Assembly (NCBI GenBank): GCA_965263355.1
Contig: CBDHHL010000032.1
Span: 1-64,000 of the forward strand
Reading direction: 5' to 3'
DNA: 64,000 nucleotides
Source: Leptolyngbyaceae cyanobacterium
GTDB taxonomy: Bacteria > Cyanobacteriota > Cyanobacteriia > Phormidesmidales > Phormidesmidaceae
A model generated the notes under the pieces. The model was not told where the DNA came from. It ran no database searches and saw nothing but the letters and a program-made list of their open reading frames with translations. Every line of letters begins with the position of its first letter. Within the stretch, counting starts at the first letter, position 1. Positions 43,656 to 54,001 of this stretch are shown piece by piece. A program made the position numbers and the translations under genes.

Positions 43656-44996
43656 TTACTCTCCTGTAATTGAAAGCTCATCGATCCATACGTGGGGAGC
43701 AACACCGCTGGGGGTAATTTTTTCGTCAGGGGAAACGTAGATAATAGATTGCAGCAGCTGACGAAAATCTCCAGCAACGGTGGCTGACTCAATGCTTGTG
43801 CGTTTGCCTTTTTGGAGCAGCCAACCGTCAAAGGGAAGCGAGAAGGCTCCTTGCAGCGCATTCACACCGGCATGGAGAGCCTGGAGGTCATCGATCAAAA
43901 CAACATTTTCGGCATCGTCTAAGCTGTAGCTGGTTTCTGCAGGCTGACCCTGGGTGATATGGAGAAAGTTGCTGCCGACGCTAACTTTGGCACCGATGCT
44001 GGCATGGCCTGTAGGTTTTGTGCCCATGCGCTTGGCGGTACCGGCGCTGTGGAGAAAATTTGTCAGAACACCATTTTCAATAATGGGTAGACGCCGGGTG
44101 GGTGTGCCTTCTCCGTCAAAGGTTTCAGGACTGATATTACCTGGGTGAAGGGCATCATCGTAAACCGATAATAGGGGTGATGCAACAGTAGTATTGAGAC
44201 TCTCGGCAGTGGATAGACTACGTTTGTCTAGAATGCTTTGGGCGTTGTAAAGGTTGCCAAATGCCCGGATCAGGCTCAAAAATGCGTCTGGTGAAAAGAC
44301 GACGCGATATTTACCCGATTCAATTTTTTCGTAGTCGAGATGGCTGAGGGTTTTTTCAGTGGCTTCCTGAAGACAGCCTTCAATGTCGAGGGTATCGGTG
44401 CCTACTCCCACCCGGACAGCGTGGCCAGAACGTGGTTTACGGCCTTCCTGTTCGGTCTTGGTGTACAGATAAACGGAGGCGGAGGTACGCTCAGCACTGC
44501 GCTGGGCACCGTCGCTATTGACATAAAACTCCTCGCTAGTGTTTTGGGCAAGACCGTTGTAAGGGACACTTGCGATCGCATCATGGGCACCTAATAACGC
44601 CTGTTCTACCGTCACTAACCGCTCAATCAACGTGTTCACAGGAGCCGGGTCTGCCAGGGTAATCTCCACCTCTGGCAACGGAGCCGTCGCTTCGGGGCTA
44701 AAGTCAGGAATATGTTCGGTGGCCCCAAAGGCACTGGCCTCAGCCGCTGTTTTTAAGGCAAGTTCTAGACCCCGCTCATCCACATCGGTGGTGGAGGTAA
44801 TCCCCAAGCGCCCCTGGTCGTTCCATACTCGTACCGTAATACTGGCCCGGTTCGAAGCTTTGACTTGTTTAGGTTCACCTTTATCTACCTGCACACTAGT
44901 GCTATCGGTGGTGGCACCGTAGATGTCGTATTTAGTGATGCCGAGGCGTTGGGCAATGGCTTGGGCGTTAGTAGAAATTTCGGTGACTTTCGACAT
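43656..44996 (-). CDS. pmbA: TldE/PmbA family protein
   Basis: FDGEGTPT..IIENGVL..FLH; no HExxH; downstream of tldD. Confidence 0.9.
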   Translation of the reverse strand: MSKVTEISTNAQAIAQRLGITKYDIYGATTDSTSVQVDKGEPKQVKASNRASITVRVWNDQGRLGITSTTDVDERGLELALKTAAEASAFGATEHIPDFSPEATAPLPEVEITLADPAPVNTLIERLVTVEQALLGAHDAIASVPYNGLAQNTSEEFYVNSDGAQRSAERTSASVYLYTKTEQEGRKPRSGHAVRVGVGTDTLDIEGCLQEATEKTLSHLDYEKIESGKYRVVFSPDAFLSLIRAFGNLYNAQSILDKRSLSTAESLNTTVASPLLSVYDDALHPGNISPETFDGEGTPTRRLPIIENGVLTNFLHSAGTAKRMGTKPTGHASIGAKVSVGSNFLHITQGQPAETSYSLDDAENVVLIDDLQALHAGVNALQGAFSLPFDGWLLQKGKRTSIESATVAGDFRQLLQSIIYVSPDEKITPSGVAPHVWIDELSITGE

Positions 44997-45060
44997 GGGT
45001 TAACAATATGGGTTAACAATAACGACAAGATGGTTGAAGGGAATGTCGTGGGATTTGGTA

Positions 45061-45085
45061 GTAGGGTGGGCAATGCCCACCCTAC
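45061..45085. repeat. GTAG-type REP palindrome
   Basis: GTAGGGTGGGCA-A-TGCCCACCCTAC perfect palindrome. Confidence 0.85.
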
Positions 45086-45111
45086 CGGCCCTCTGGAGAG
45101 GAAGTCGTAGT

Positions 45112-46590
45112 TTAACGGCCACCAACGGTGATACTGTCGACCTTCAAATGAGGTTGACCAACGGTGACATAAACATTGCCGCTAATAGAACCACAAAAGC
45201 CAGGGGCCAGACTCAAATCTTGGGAACACATGGAAATCTTTTGCATGATGTCCACAGCTTCGCCAATTAACGTAGCCCCCTTAAGCGGGCGAGTAACCTT
45301 ACCATTTTCAACCAGATAGGCTTCATCCACTGCAAAGTTAAACTTGCCAGTGGGACCAACGCTGCCGCCCCCCATCTTCTTGCAGTAGATGCCTCTATCT
45401 ACAGAAGCAAATAGATCGTCCATACTGTAATCACCTGTATCAATAAAGGTGTTACGCATGCGAGAAGCAGCAGAAAATGTATAGTTCTGACGGCGACCAC
45501 TACCAGTACGGGGATGTCCAGTGCGCACTGACCCAGCCCGATCAGACAGGAAGTTTTTCAACACACCGTTTTCAATTAACAAGGTGCGCTGGGCCGGCAT
45601 CCCTTCATCGTCCATATCAATGGTGCCAAAGGATTCAGTAGACCGTCCCTCGTCCCATGCAGTCAAATTCTCATGGGCAATTTTTTCACCTTTTTTGTCG
45701 ATAAACGGTGTGGTACCCCGCTCAATCTGAGTGGTCTCTAACAGGTGACCACAGGCTTCATGGAAAATCACACCACCGAAGTGATTGGCCATAATAATGG
45801 GATAGTTACCTGATTCGACGTAGTCTGCATAGAGCATTTTGCCAGCAGACTCAGCCAGTGCTTCTGCCGTACTACCATAATCCCAAGCCGTTAGAAAACT
45901 AGGATCGCTGGTATTGCCCAGTCGCTGCCCAATGGAGGAACGATGTTCGCCATCGGCACAGAGCACATTAGCGCCCACGGACTGAGTCAGGCGAATATCA
46001 CGGGCAAAGGTGCCATCGCTGCTAGCAACCAGGATTTCTTGCCAGTCCCTAAAGTAAGCCGTGCGCCGTGCCTGTAAATGTTTAGCTACTTTCTCAACAG
46101 AGGCATTAGCACCTAGCAGAACATCGCCCATTACCTGCATAGAACTACAGTTAGCCAGCCAGTTTTCCTTGGTGGCAGCATAGTCCCGAAACATTTCCAG
46201 GGTGACTTCTGGCACATAGGCTGAGGTGGCTGGCAGCAGCAGACCCATGATGGATAGTCCCTTCTCAAGGGCAGCTTTGAGACCATGGAAACTAACGTCG
46301 TTGGTACTGACGTAGCAGTCGGCTTTACCCTTAAATACCCGTACCCCTGCGCCCGTGATCAGACTGGGAGAGATGCTAGTAATGGCATCGTCTTCTGCTA
46401 AACAACTGATGTAATTACGCCGCTCCAGAAAAAATTCAATAAAATCGGCTCCAGCTGCTCGTCCCAACCCCAATAATGTTGAGAGGGGAGCAGCCCAAGT
46501 AGCATCAAAACGATCGGTGGCCGCCTGATAGGTTTGATTTGGGATTTCCTGCAGGCGTAGGGACGACAGGGGCGGAGCAGCAAGGGTCAT
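45112..46590 (-). CDS. tldD: TldD metalloprotease
   Basis: [20 protein letters not shown] and GFCGS..GQP. Confidence 0.93.
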   Translation of the reverse strand: MTLAAPPLSSLRLQEIPNQTYQAATDRFDATWAAPLSTLLGLGRAAGADFIEFFLERRNYISCLAEDDAITSISPSLITGAGVRVFKGKADCYVSTNDVSFHGLKAALEKGLSIMGLLLPATSAYVPEVTLEMFRDYAATKENWLANCSSMQVMGDVLLGANASVEKVAKHLQARRTAYFRDWQEILVASSDGTFARDIRLTQSVGANVLCADGEHRSSIGQRLGNTSDPSFLTAWDYGSTAEALAESAGKMLYADYVESGNYPIIMANHFGGVIFHEACGHLLETTQIERGTTPFIDKKGEKIAHENLTAWDEGRSTESFGTIDMDDEGMPAQRTLLIENGVLKNFLSDRAGSVRTGHPRTGSGRRQNYTFSAASRMRNTFIDTGDYSMDDLFASVDRGIYCKKMGGGSVGPTGKFNFAVDEAYLVENGKVTRPLKGATLIGEAVDIMQKISMCSQDLSLAPGFCGSISGNVYVTVGQPHLKVDSITVGGR

Positions 46591-46820
46591 AGCGGTTGCC
46601 TAGTCTCTCAAAACATGGATTAATCTCCACTAGTTTAGCGCATGGGTTTAGTTAGCGCTCTTAAGGGTCACCTTAAGTCATTCCTCATAGGATCCTCTGC
46701 TAATTTTCAGGATGGAGTCAGGGGAATTTTATATGATGGATGGGGGGGCTAACCCAGTATGGGTCCGCCATAACATCAGCGAGCGTCTGTCCTTATCGAT
46801 GGGTATTACATCTATATAGA

Positions 46821-46893
46821 TAAATCGTATCCAAGTTGAAACCTGTAGATTCTTCTACGGAAAAACTACGGGTCTGGACGTGGACAAAGTTTA
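46821..46893 (-). repeat. ~73-bp MITE-like repeat, copy d (inverted)
   Basis: Reverse complement aligns without gaps to 10099-10171. Confidence 0.8.
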
Positions 46894-46940
46894 TTTAAGG
46901 CTATGTCTTGTTCTCAAGTTGTGGTGGTTGACCAGTAACC

Positions 46941-48383
46941 ATGGTGAGTGTTTTACAGACGTCTTTAGGGTTATTAAAATCTCGACTGTCTCGGAAAATT
47001 GTTACGTCGATTTTTCTGAGCCTGGTGGCGATTGAATTTGTTGTTTTTATTCCGTCCTATCGTCAGCGACGGGCAGATAAACTGAGGGAGCTAGAGACGC
47101 TTTCGCAGGAGGTGATCGCGACGATTAAGGCCAACGCGATGCTGGATATGTTGTCCACGTCGCTGTTAGCCGAGGCTCAGACGGCACTGAAGACGGACTC
47201 AATTATTCTTGGGGCCGCTCTCTACGATGAGACGGGACAGTTGATTGATACGTTTGGAGAAACGCCTACGTTAGGGATTCCAGCCAGTGGATTAACTCGG
47301 ATTAAAACAAGGTTAACAGAGTCTGGCACTCGCTATGATGTGGCCTGGCCCAGTCAACAGTTTCAGGATCGCTATATATTGGTCATTCGCCATGATGCGA
47401 ATTCTGTTAAACGCTACATGGTGCAATATTCTATTCTGATCTTTTTTATCGTTGTTATTATTGCGGCCTTTGTCACCCTGGTGACAATTTTTATGCTGGA
47501 GCGGATGTTGATTAACCCGCTGCTGTTGTTACGGGATGATTTATGTCAAGCGGCAGATGTGGTAGATAGGCCCCAGCTAGCTGAGTTTAAAAGTCTCAAA
47601 CAAGCTCAACAGGATGAACTGGGAGATGTGATTCGGGCGTTTGCTTCGATGTTTGGCCAAATCTCTCAAGAGGTACAGGAGCGTCAGCAGGTAGAGTTAG
47701 CCCTACGAAGCGAACAGGTGAAAACAGAGGCGCTGTTACAAAATGTGTTACCGGTTGCGATCGCAAACAAACTCAAAAACGATCTCTCAAACCGTACAGT
47801 TATTGCCTCCCGGTTTGAGAACGTCACGATTCTGTTTGCCGATATTGTTGGCTTTACCCAGCTGGCGGCTAAGACGGCCCCCACTAAACTTGTATGCCAG
47901 CTAAATGACATTTTTTCCATTTTTGATACTTTAGCTGAACGTCACGGGCTAGAAAAGATTAAAACCATTGGCGATGCCTACATGGTAGTGGGGGGCGTCC
48001 CTACACCGATGGCCAATCATGCCGAAGCGGTCATGGCCATGGCCATTGATATGCAGGCAGCGGTAAAGCAACACCCTTTTAAGCTCAGGATTGGAATTAA
48101 TACAGGGCCGGTGGTGGCTGGTGTGATCGGCAAAAAGAAATTTAGTTATGACCTCTGGGGAGACGCTGTCAATATTGCTAGCCGCATGGAGTCCCATGGT
48201 GTAGTCGATCGCATTCAGGTGAGTGCCGATACCTATGACCTGCTCAAAGATAAATTCCAGTTTGAAGATCGAGGATGTATTGCCATCAAAGGACGGGGAC
48301 AGGCCCGAACGTATCTGTGGGTGCCAGCATCATCTGTAGGGGCGTTGCATGCAACACCCCTACAGATGAGCCAAAAGGGTTAG
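46941..48383 (+). CDS. Membrane class III adenylate/guanylate cyclase with HAMP domain
   Basis: Two TMs, DELG HAMP, FADIVGFT, KTIGDAYM and DLWGDAVNIASRMES. Confidence 0.93.
   Translation: MVSVLQTSLGLLKSRLSRKIVTSIFLSLVAIEFVVFIPSYRQRRADKLRELETLSQEVIATIKANAMLDMLSTSLLAEAQTALKTDSIILGAALYDETGQLIDTFGETPTLGIPASGLTRIKTRLTESGTRYDVAWPSQQFQDRYILVIRHDANSVKRYMVQYSILIFFIVVIIAAFVTLVTIFMLERMLINPLLLLRDDLCQAADVVDRPQLAEFKSLKQAQQDELGDVIRAFASMFGQISQEVQERQQVELALRSEQVKTEALLQNVLPVAIANKLKNDLSNRTVIASRFENVTILFADIVGFTQLAAKTAPTKLVCQLNDIFSIFDTLAERHGLEKIKTIGDAYMVVGGVPTPMANHAEAVMAMAIDMQAAVKQHPFKLRIGINTGPVVAGVIGKKKFSYDLWGDAVNIASRMESHGVVDRIQVSADTYDLLKDKFQFEDRGCIAIKGRGQARTYLWVPASSVGALHATPLQMSQKG
48334..48365. repeat. GTAG-type REP inside the cyclase 3' end
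   Basis: CTGTAGGGGCGTTGCATGCAACACCCCTACAG. Confidence 0.8.
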
Positions 48384-48403
48384 TCAAATTTTGTTAGTAG
48401 AAA

Positions 48404-48553
48404 CTACCCCACAGCATAATCTGTAAATTTTCTAAACTCAGGAGCTTGCAGCCTAAGGACAATATCTTCCTTATCACCATGGGCAAGATTAATGTTGCCT
48501 CGTTTCAAGAGCATGTCTTGAACTGTTTTACGATATTGTTCTAGCTTTTCCAC
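48404..48553 (-). pseudogene. xisI: xisI with large in-frame internal deletion (49 aa)
   Basis: MEKLEQYRKTVQDML...HGD fused to the C-terminal KEDIVLRLQAPEFRKFTDYAVG. Confidence 0.75.
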
Positions 48554-48875
48554 AGCACAATGACCTCCTGTTGCACATCATAAACAATGAGTTTCACCTG
48601 GTTTTCTTCTATGATGGCTTTAGGAAACTCTAGCTGAAAAAATGATTCAAATGTTCGATTAGGAATTGCTAAGAATAGGATTATGTCGGGCTCTCGACGT
48701 TTTAAAGCCCCCCGATAATTAATAAATTGTCCTAGGGCTGTATGAAACTCTGAAATCGCAGAAGCTGTTACTAAAAAGCTTTTAATCTCAATCACTATTT
48801 TCTCTCCATTCCGTTCTGCAGCGACTAGGCGTTCTGCACCTAGATCAATAGCCATTTCTACTGAACCTCCGCCAT
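48541..48875 (-). pseudogene. xisH: xisH lacking its N-terminus
   Basis: IDLGAERL, IEIKSF and FHTALGQF present; the KD.FH..VK.AL.KDGW start is missing. Confidence 0.85.
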
Positions 48876-48938
48876 ACCCAGATTCAATATTTCTCTGCAA
48901 GAGAGTTTATGTTTTCACCCTGGCCATGGTGTAGCGCC

Positions 48939-48982
48939 TTTGATGACATTTTGATGACATTTTGATGACATTTTGATGGCAT
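48939..48982 (+). repeat. Tandem 11-mer TTTGATGACAT x4
   Basis: Three perfect copies plus TTTGATGGCAT. Confidence 0.9.
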
Positions 48983-49021
48983 TTTAACTTAATTTAGTTT
49001 TATTACATAGACGAATGATTG

Positions 49022-49035
49022 GTAGTTAAACATAC
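49022..49035 (+). promoter_or_regulatory. Putative NtcA box
   Basis: GTA-GTTAAACA-TAC about 170 bp upstream of the NHase operon; no clean -10 at canonical spacing. Confidence 0.4.
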
Positions 49036-49207
49036 AACTGTTATCAGTATCTTTCGCTTTACTAATTAAGCAATTACTAAGTAGATGCTTTAGCAAATTA
49101 GTAAATACTTTGGCATTTATATTGCTTTTTGCGTGATTTGTGTCTTCAAATTTACTTTTCCTGAAAACTGTTCTCTCGGTGCCTACATACACTAAGGATT
49201 AAATGGG

Positions 49208-50167
49208 GTGATGAAACGGCGAAGATTCTTTCAATATACAGGGTTAGGCGGTTTAAGCCTTGTGCTGGCAACCCGAAACGGTGCATTCGCTTCAGCGCTT
49301 TCTAACCCCATAGATTCCCAAAAACTAGGGTTAGAAACATTTTCTTTTCAGGTCACTACGGTTGATAAAACAGGAAAAACGCAGTATCCACATACCCATA
49401 CTGCAAAGTATTTCCCAGAGTCGCTCAATCATGTTGAACGACTAGATATGGTCGAGATCACACCGGGTAAATTTTTGATGGGCTCCACTCGATCTGAAGC
49501 CTACGCTAAGGGGAGTGAATTTCCTCGCCATCGTGTGAGCCTGTCGTCTTTTTTCTTGAGTAAATATCCCATTACCCAGGCGCAGTGGGCTGCTGTTGCC
49601 GCATTGCCCAAGGTGAATCGAGACTTATCCCTTGATCCTTCCCACTTTCAAGGTGGTGCTCGTCCCGTAGAAAGTGTTTCCTGGTTGGAAGCAACTGAGT
49701 TTTGCGATCGCTTAAGCAAGCATACTGGTCGTCAGTACCAGCTTCCCAGTGAGGCTCAGTGGGAATATGCCTGTCGTGCTGGCAGCAAGACTCCTTTTAG
49801 TACAGGAGATACAATAATCAGTCAGCTGGCTGATTATCGCGCCAATGTCACTTACAAGGCTGAATCTCCTGGAGACTATCGACAAGCAACCATGCCGGTC
49901 GGCAGCTTTTCTGCCAATGGATTTGGATTACATGATATGCATGGGAATGTCTGGGAATGGTGTGCCGATGGCTGGCATCGCAATTATCGCAGTGCTGCAA
50001 CCAATGGCAGGGCACGTAGACAGGTGTCAGGTAAGCTAGCCCAGCTAAGAACAATTCGTGGTGGTAGCTGGTTAGATTCCCCTGACAAAGTGCGTTCTGC
50101 CAGTCGGTCTGGTTATGCTGAGACAGCCTTGAACCGTACGATTGGCTTTCGCGTGATGATGGCATAG
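49208..50167 (+). CDS. Formylglycine-generating-enzyme (SUMF1) family protein with Tat signal
   Basis: [41 protein letters not shown] and IGFRV. Confidence 0.88.
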   Translation: MMKRRRFFQYTGLGGLSLVLATRNGAFASALSNPIDSQKLGLETFSFQVTTVDKTGKTQYPHTHTAKYFPESLNHVERLDMVEITPGKFLMGSTRSEAYAKGSEFPRHRVSLSSFFLSKYPITQAQWAAVAALPKVNRDLSLDPSHFQGGARPVESVSWLEATEFCDRLSKHTGRQYQLPSEAQWEYACRAGSKTPFSTGDTIISQLADYRANVTYKAESPGDYRQATMPVGSFSANGFGLHDMHGNVWEWCADGWHRNYRSAATNGRARRQVSGKLAQLRTIRGGSWLDSPDKVRSASRSGYAETALNRTIGFRVMMA

Positions 50168-50178
50168 GGAGAAGGCGC

Positions 50179-51162
50179 ATGGTATTGATTCAAAAAGTCC
50201 CCGTTACTGTATTAACTGGCTATCTGGGGGCTGGCAAAACCACATTACTCAATCGGATTCTCACAGAAGAGCATAATCAACGGGTTGCCGTTATTGTCAA
50301 TGAATTTGGCGAAGTTGGTATTGACCATCAGTTAGTGATGGATGCCGACGAAGAAATTTTTGAAATGAATAATGGCTGCATTTGTTGTACGGTGCGGGGA
50401 GATTTAATTCGGATTATTAATGATCTGATGACCCGGCGAGATCGGTTTGATCATTTGGTGATTGAAACCACTGGGTTAGCCGATCCGGCTCCGGTTATTC
50501 AATCCTTCTTTGTGGACGAGGTAATGCTGCGTCAGACCCAGCTGGATGCGGTGGTGACTGTGGTGGACGCCAAGCACATTTGGGCTCATTGGGACAGTAG
50601 TGAGGCTCAAGAACAGATTGCCTTTGCCGATGTGATTTTGCTTAACAAAACTGATTTGGTGTCTGCTGAGATTTTGGAGGCGTTAATGCAGAAGGTAAGG
50701 GGGATGAATGCGATCGCAAAAATCCACACCACCCAAAACTGTGACATTGACCTCAGTCTTTTGTTGGGAGTTCAAGCCTTTGACCTCAAAAATGCCCTGA
50801 GTATTGATCCTACCTTTTTAGACGAAGATGCCCATGAGCATGACAATTCTGTCTTTTCTATAGCGATTAAAAATGCAGAAGCCATTGATATTGATGAGCT
50901 AAATCGCTGGCTCTATCGGCTGGTACAGGCAAAAGGCCCCGATATCTTTCGCATGAAAGGGATTTTGAATGTGGCTAATGCTGAACGACGGTTTGTATTT
51001 CAAGGTGTACACATGACCTTAGATGGTCGGCCTGGTAAACCATGGCGACCAGGGGAGACTCGTCAAAATGAGCTGGTTTTTATTGGTCGCAATTTAGATG
51101 AGGCAGAGCTTCGAACTGGATTTGAGAATTGTTTTGCAAAAGCCTATGCCCATTCAATGTGA
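50179..51162 (+). CDS. CobW/COG0523 metallochaperone GTPase
   Basis: [27 protein letters not shown] and NKTD. Confidence 0.95.
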   Translation: MVLIQKVPVTVLTGYLGAGKTTLLNRILTEEHNQRVAVIVNEFGEVGIDHQLVMDADEEIFEMNNGCICCTVRGDLIRIINDLMTRRDRFDHLVIETTGLADPAPVIQSFFVDEVMLRQTQLDAVVTVVDAKHIWAHWDSSEAQEQIAFADVILLNKTDLVSAEILEALMQKVRGMNAIAKIHTTQNCDIDLSLLLGVQAFDLKNALSIDPTFLDEDAHEHDNSVFSIAIKNAEAIDIDELNRWLYRLVQAKGPDIFRMKGILNVANAERRFVFQGVHMTLDGRPGKPWRPGETRQNELVFIGRNLDEAELRTGFENCFAKAYAHSM

Positions 51163-51164
51163 GG

Positions 51165-51196
51165 CTGACCCACCCCGGAGCCCCTCCCAGGAGGGG
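51165..51196 (+). repeat. 32-bp hairpin repeat CCCCTCCCAGGAGGGG, copy 1
   Basis: 3 mismatches versus 52680-52711. Confidence 0.8.
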
Positions 51197-51281
51197 CTAG
51201 GGTATCGGTTCTTGCGTTAAGTATTGCATTTTACTAAATCTTTTTTCGACTTTTTCATCCTACTGAGAACAAGACAAACCT

Positions 51282-52028
51282 ATGAAACTACAACATGCCC
51301 TTGGCGGGCTGCAAGGATTAGACACCATTACCCCAGAAATAGAGGTATTTGTTGAGCCTTGGGAAAAGCGAATCTTTGGCATTCATACGGCGATGATGGC
51401 CCTTAGTAACCATCTTGATACAGCCTTACCGGGCTATGCCATTGATGAGGTGCCTACCACCTTTAAGAGCTTTTGGACCTGGGGCCATTTGCGCATGGGA
51501 GCAGAGGGAATGCATCCCTTTGAGTACTTCCGATTACGGTATTACGAGAAATGGCTGGGGGGTATTTCAGGCTTCTTTGTTAGCGAAGGTTACATTACCC
51601 AGGAAGAGCTAGATGCGCGCACCGCTGAGTATTTAGAGGACAGCGAAGCCGCAGCAGCCCCTTTGCCCAGTGGAGGCGACGCAGCCATTGATGATCAGGT
51701 GGTGAAATACTTGAGAGAAGGGGATTCTCCCATGCGTCCCTTGGTAGCTCCACCCAAATTTAGTTTGGGTGATCAGGTCAAGATCAAGATTGTCTCTCCT
51801 GGTGCCCATAGCCGCTTGCCTGGTAATTTGCAAGGCCGCGTAGCCACAGTGGTCAAGGTGTATGAAGGGGCGTTTACCTACTTCTTTCCCACCGCCGATG
51901 GCATTGGTGTTCCCATGCCGGTTTATAGTCTGGCTTTTCAAGTAGAAGACCTGTGGGATGAATCGTTGACTGAGCCGAATACGGTTTACTACAACGACAT
52001 TTTTGAAGTGTACATAGAAGCCGCGTAA
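51282..52028 (+). CDS. nthB: Nitrile hydratase beta subunit
   Basis: H.LGG, F.EPWEKR, LR...E.M.P..Y...YYEKWL and HSRLP. Confidence 0.9.
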   Translation: MKLQHALGGLQGLDTITPEIEVFVEPWEKRIFGIHTAMMALSNHLDTALPGYAIDEVPTTFKSFWTWGHLRMGAEGMHPFEYFRLRYYEKWLGGISGFFVSEGYITQEELDARTAEYLEDSEAAAAPLPSGGDAAIDDQVVKYLREGDSPMRPLVAPPKFSLGDQVKIKIVSPGAHSRLPGNLQGRVATVVKVYEGAFTYFFPTADGIGVPMPVYSLAFQVEDLWDESLTEPNTVYYNDIFEVYIEAA

Positions 52029-52052
52029 ACAAGGTGATTGAAGGAGTCTATT

Positions 52053-52676
52053 ATGCCAAGTAATTACCCAGGATTTAGATACGGTGCTGATCGAGAAACC
52101 TTTAGTGCTGCTAAAGTCAAAGCCCTAGAGTCTCTTCTAATCGAAAAAGGAATTATCACCGGGAATACGGTAGATACGATTCTCAGTTATTTTGAAACTG
52201 AGATGGGTCCCTTTAATGGCGCTAAAGTGGTGGCAAAAGCATGGGTTGATCCTGATTTTAAGAAGCTGTTGCTAGAAGACTGTAATGCGGCCTGTGAAGC
52301 CATGGACTTTCCTGAAGGAATGTCGGGGGCAGAGGGGGAACACATGCGCATTGTGGAGAATACGCCCGAGGTGCATAACGTAATCGTGTGTACCCTATGT
52401 TCTTGTTATCCCTGGCCTACATTAGGCTTACCCCCCTACTGGTTTAAGGATCCTACGTTTAGAGCAAGAGTCGTTCGAGAACCTCGCGTTGTTTTGTCTG
52501 AATTTGGCGTAGAGTTAGATGACTCTGTAAAAGTTCTCGTGTGGGATAGCAGTGCTCAGATTCGCTGGTGGGTGTTGCCTATGCGTCCTCCTGGCACAGA
52601 AGCCATGAGTGAGACAGAGCTAGCGAGCTTACTAACACCTGAAGCCATGATGGGCGTTGCTACCGTCTCAGTTTAA
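52053..52676 (+). CDS. nthA: Nitrile hydratase alpha subunit, Co-type
   Basis: GAKVVAKAWVDP, VCTLCSCYPWP and VWDSSA; AAGGAG RBS. Confidence 0.96.
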   Translation: MPSNYPGFRYGADRETFSAAKVKALESLLIEKGIITGNTVDTILSYFETEMGPFNGAKVVAKAWVDPDFKKLLLEDCNAACEAMDFPEGMSGAEGEHMRIVENTPEVHNVIVCTLCSCYPWPTLGLPPYWFKDPTFRARVVREPRVVLSEFGVELDDSVKVLVWDSSAQIRWWVLPMRPPGTEAMSETELASLLTPEAMMGVATVSV

Positions 52677-52679
52677 ATG

Positions 52680-52711
52680 CTAACCCACCCCGTTGCCCCT
52701 CCCAGGAGGGG
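52680..52711 (+). repeat. 32-bp hairpin repeat, copy 2
   Basis: Direct repeat of 51165-51196. Confidence 0.8.
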
Positions 52712-52801
52712 ATGAAGTCTCGGTCTTTGCATTTGAGCACTGCATTAGATTCTCGACTCTTATGTAGCCCAAATGTATTCATTTCCCTCAGGTTCCTTGA
52801 T

Positions 52802-53167
52802 ATGTTTACACAATTCGAACATTTTGCGGCGACTAGCTTAATGGGTTCGCCTGAAGAAGCACCACCCCGGAGCAATGGTCATCTCCAGTTTGATCGTGAC
52901 TGGGAAAAGATGGCCTTTGGTGTGGCCATTGCCCTCTCAAAGCAGGGTTATTATGAGTGGGAAGAATTTCGTCAAACATTGATTGCAACGATTGGTGAGT
53001 GGGAAGCTACCCACGATCTAGACGATCCAGAATGGGATTATTACCAATGTTGGTTAACTGCCCTAGAGAAATTGGTCGTTGCCTCAGGTGTACTCAAAGC
53101 AGGTGAATTGGAATCACAACTATCTCAGTTGTTGAACTGCAAAGCAACGACTGAGATGAAATGCTGA
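52802..53167 (+). CDS. Nitrile hydratase accessory/activator protein
   Basis: PPRSNGHLQF..WE..AFG, WEEFRQ.LI and YYQCWLTALEKL. Confidence 0.9.
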   Translation: MFTQFEHFAATSLMGSPEEAPPRSNGHLQFDRDWEKMAFGVAIALSKQGYYEWEEFRQTLIATIGEWEATHDLDDPEWDYYQCWLTALEKLVVASGVLKAGELESQLSQLLNCKATTEMKC

Positions 53168-53336
53168 TTATTTGACCTTATACCCGTGGACTACCATGAA
53201 ATAGCGATTTTTGATGCTAATTCAACTATTACAGTGAATTACATCAGGCTCGATTAGTTGCCCGTAGTGTTAGTGTCGTATTTCTTTCTTCAGCAGGTTA
53301 AGAGTAATCTCTTCAACAGTTTTCTATCCGTGCTCT

Positions 53337-53369
53337 AAATACCCTGATTTTAGTATCAGGGTATTTTTT
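53337..53369 (+). terminator. Rho-independent terminator of the NHase operon
   Basis: AAATACCCTGAT/ATCAGGGTATTT stem plus T run. Confidence 0.75.
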
Positions 53370-53390
53370 ATACCAATACTCCGGACAGAA

Positions 53391-53692
53391 TTAGGAGACT
53401 AGAACCCCATAGTCACAAAGACTCGAATAGTTGGGATGTGATTTAATCAAAGTCTCGTCTAAGTCTAAGTTGCGAATAAACCTGTCCATCAGATGTTGAT
53501 TGAGTTTGCGACGTTTGTAGGAGGCCATGGAAAAGACAAAGGGTTCCCACGGTCTCGCTGCTGATACTGTTCCCATTTGGCGATATTCAAAGCGGTTAGC
53601 GAGGCATTGAAATGGAAATCGAGTTTCTGTTCATCCCTGGCTTGGCAGTCCGTTAAGCCGGTGAACTGTTTTGCATCTCTAAAAATAAATTC
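53391..53692 (-). pseudogene. IS4-family transposase C-terminal part
   Basis: EFIFRDAKQFTGLTDCQARDEQKLDFHFNASL, a frameshift, then FSMASYKRR...YGVLVS. Confidence 0.88.
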
Positions 53693-53866
53693 AATGTGCC
53701 AGCCATAACACCCCCATAAGAACGAAATCTACTTCGTGCCCAACGATTGGATTAACAGGCCTATTGCGATTAGTAAAGACGATCGCGAAAATGAAAACTC
53801 ATTCCCTGTTGTCAATAGAGGAAGAGCCTTCATGCCAAAGTGTCCTGAGCCCCCCCGTCAATTCGT

Positions 53867-54001
53867 GTGCAACCCAAGCACCTATGGCAAACACTGCCGG
53901 AGCCACAGCGGCAACGGCTAATGAGCATCCTCAGTCAGATGCTAGAGAGTCATCTGAGCGCCTCTGTGGCAAAGGAGGCGAGCAATGAGCCTGAAAACTG
54001 A
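53867..54001 (+). CDS. Small helical ORF overlapping the recombinase start (candidate directionality factor)
   Basis: VQPKHLWQTLPEPQRQRLMSILSQMLESHL...NEPEN*; may start at ATG 53832 across a C7 run. Confidence 0.5.
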   Translation: MQPKHLWQTLPEPQRQRLMSILSQMLESHLSASVAKEASNEPEN

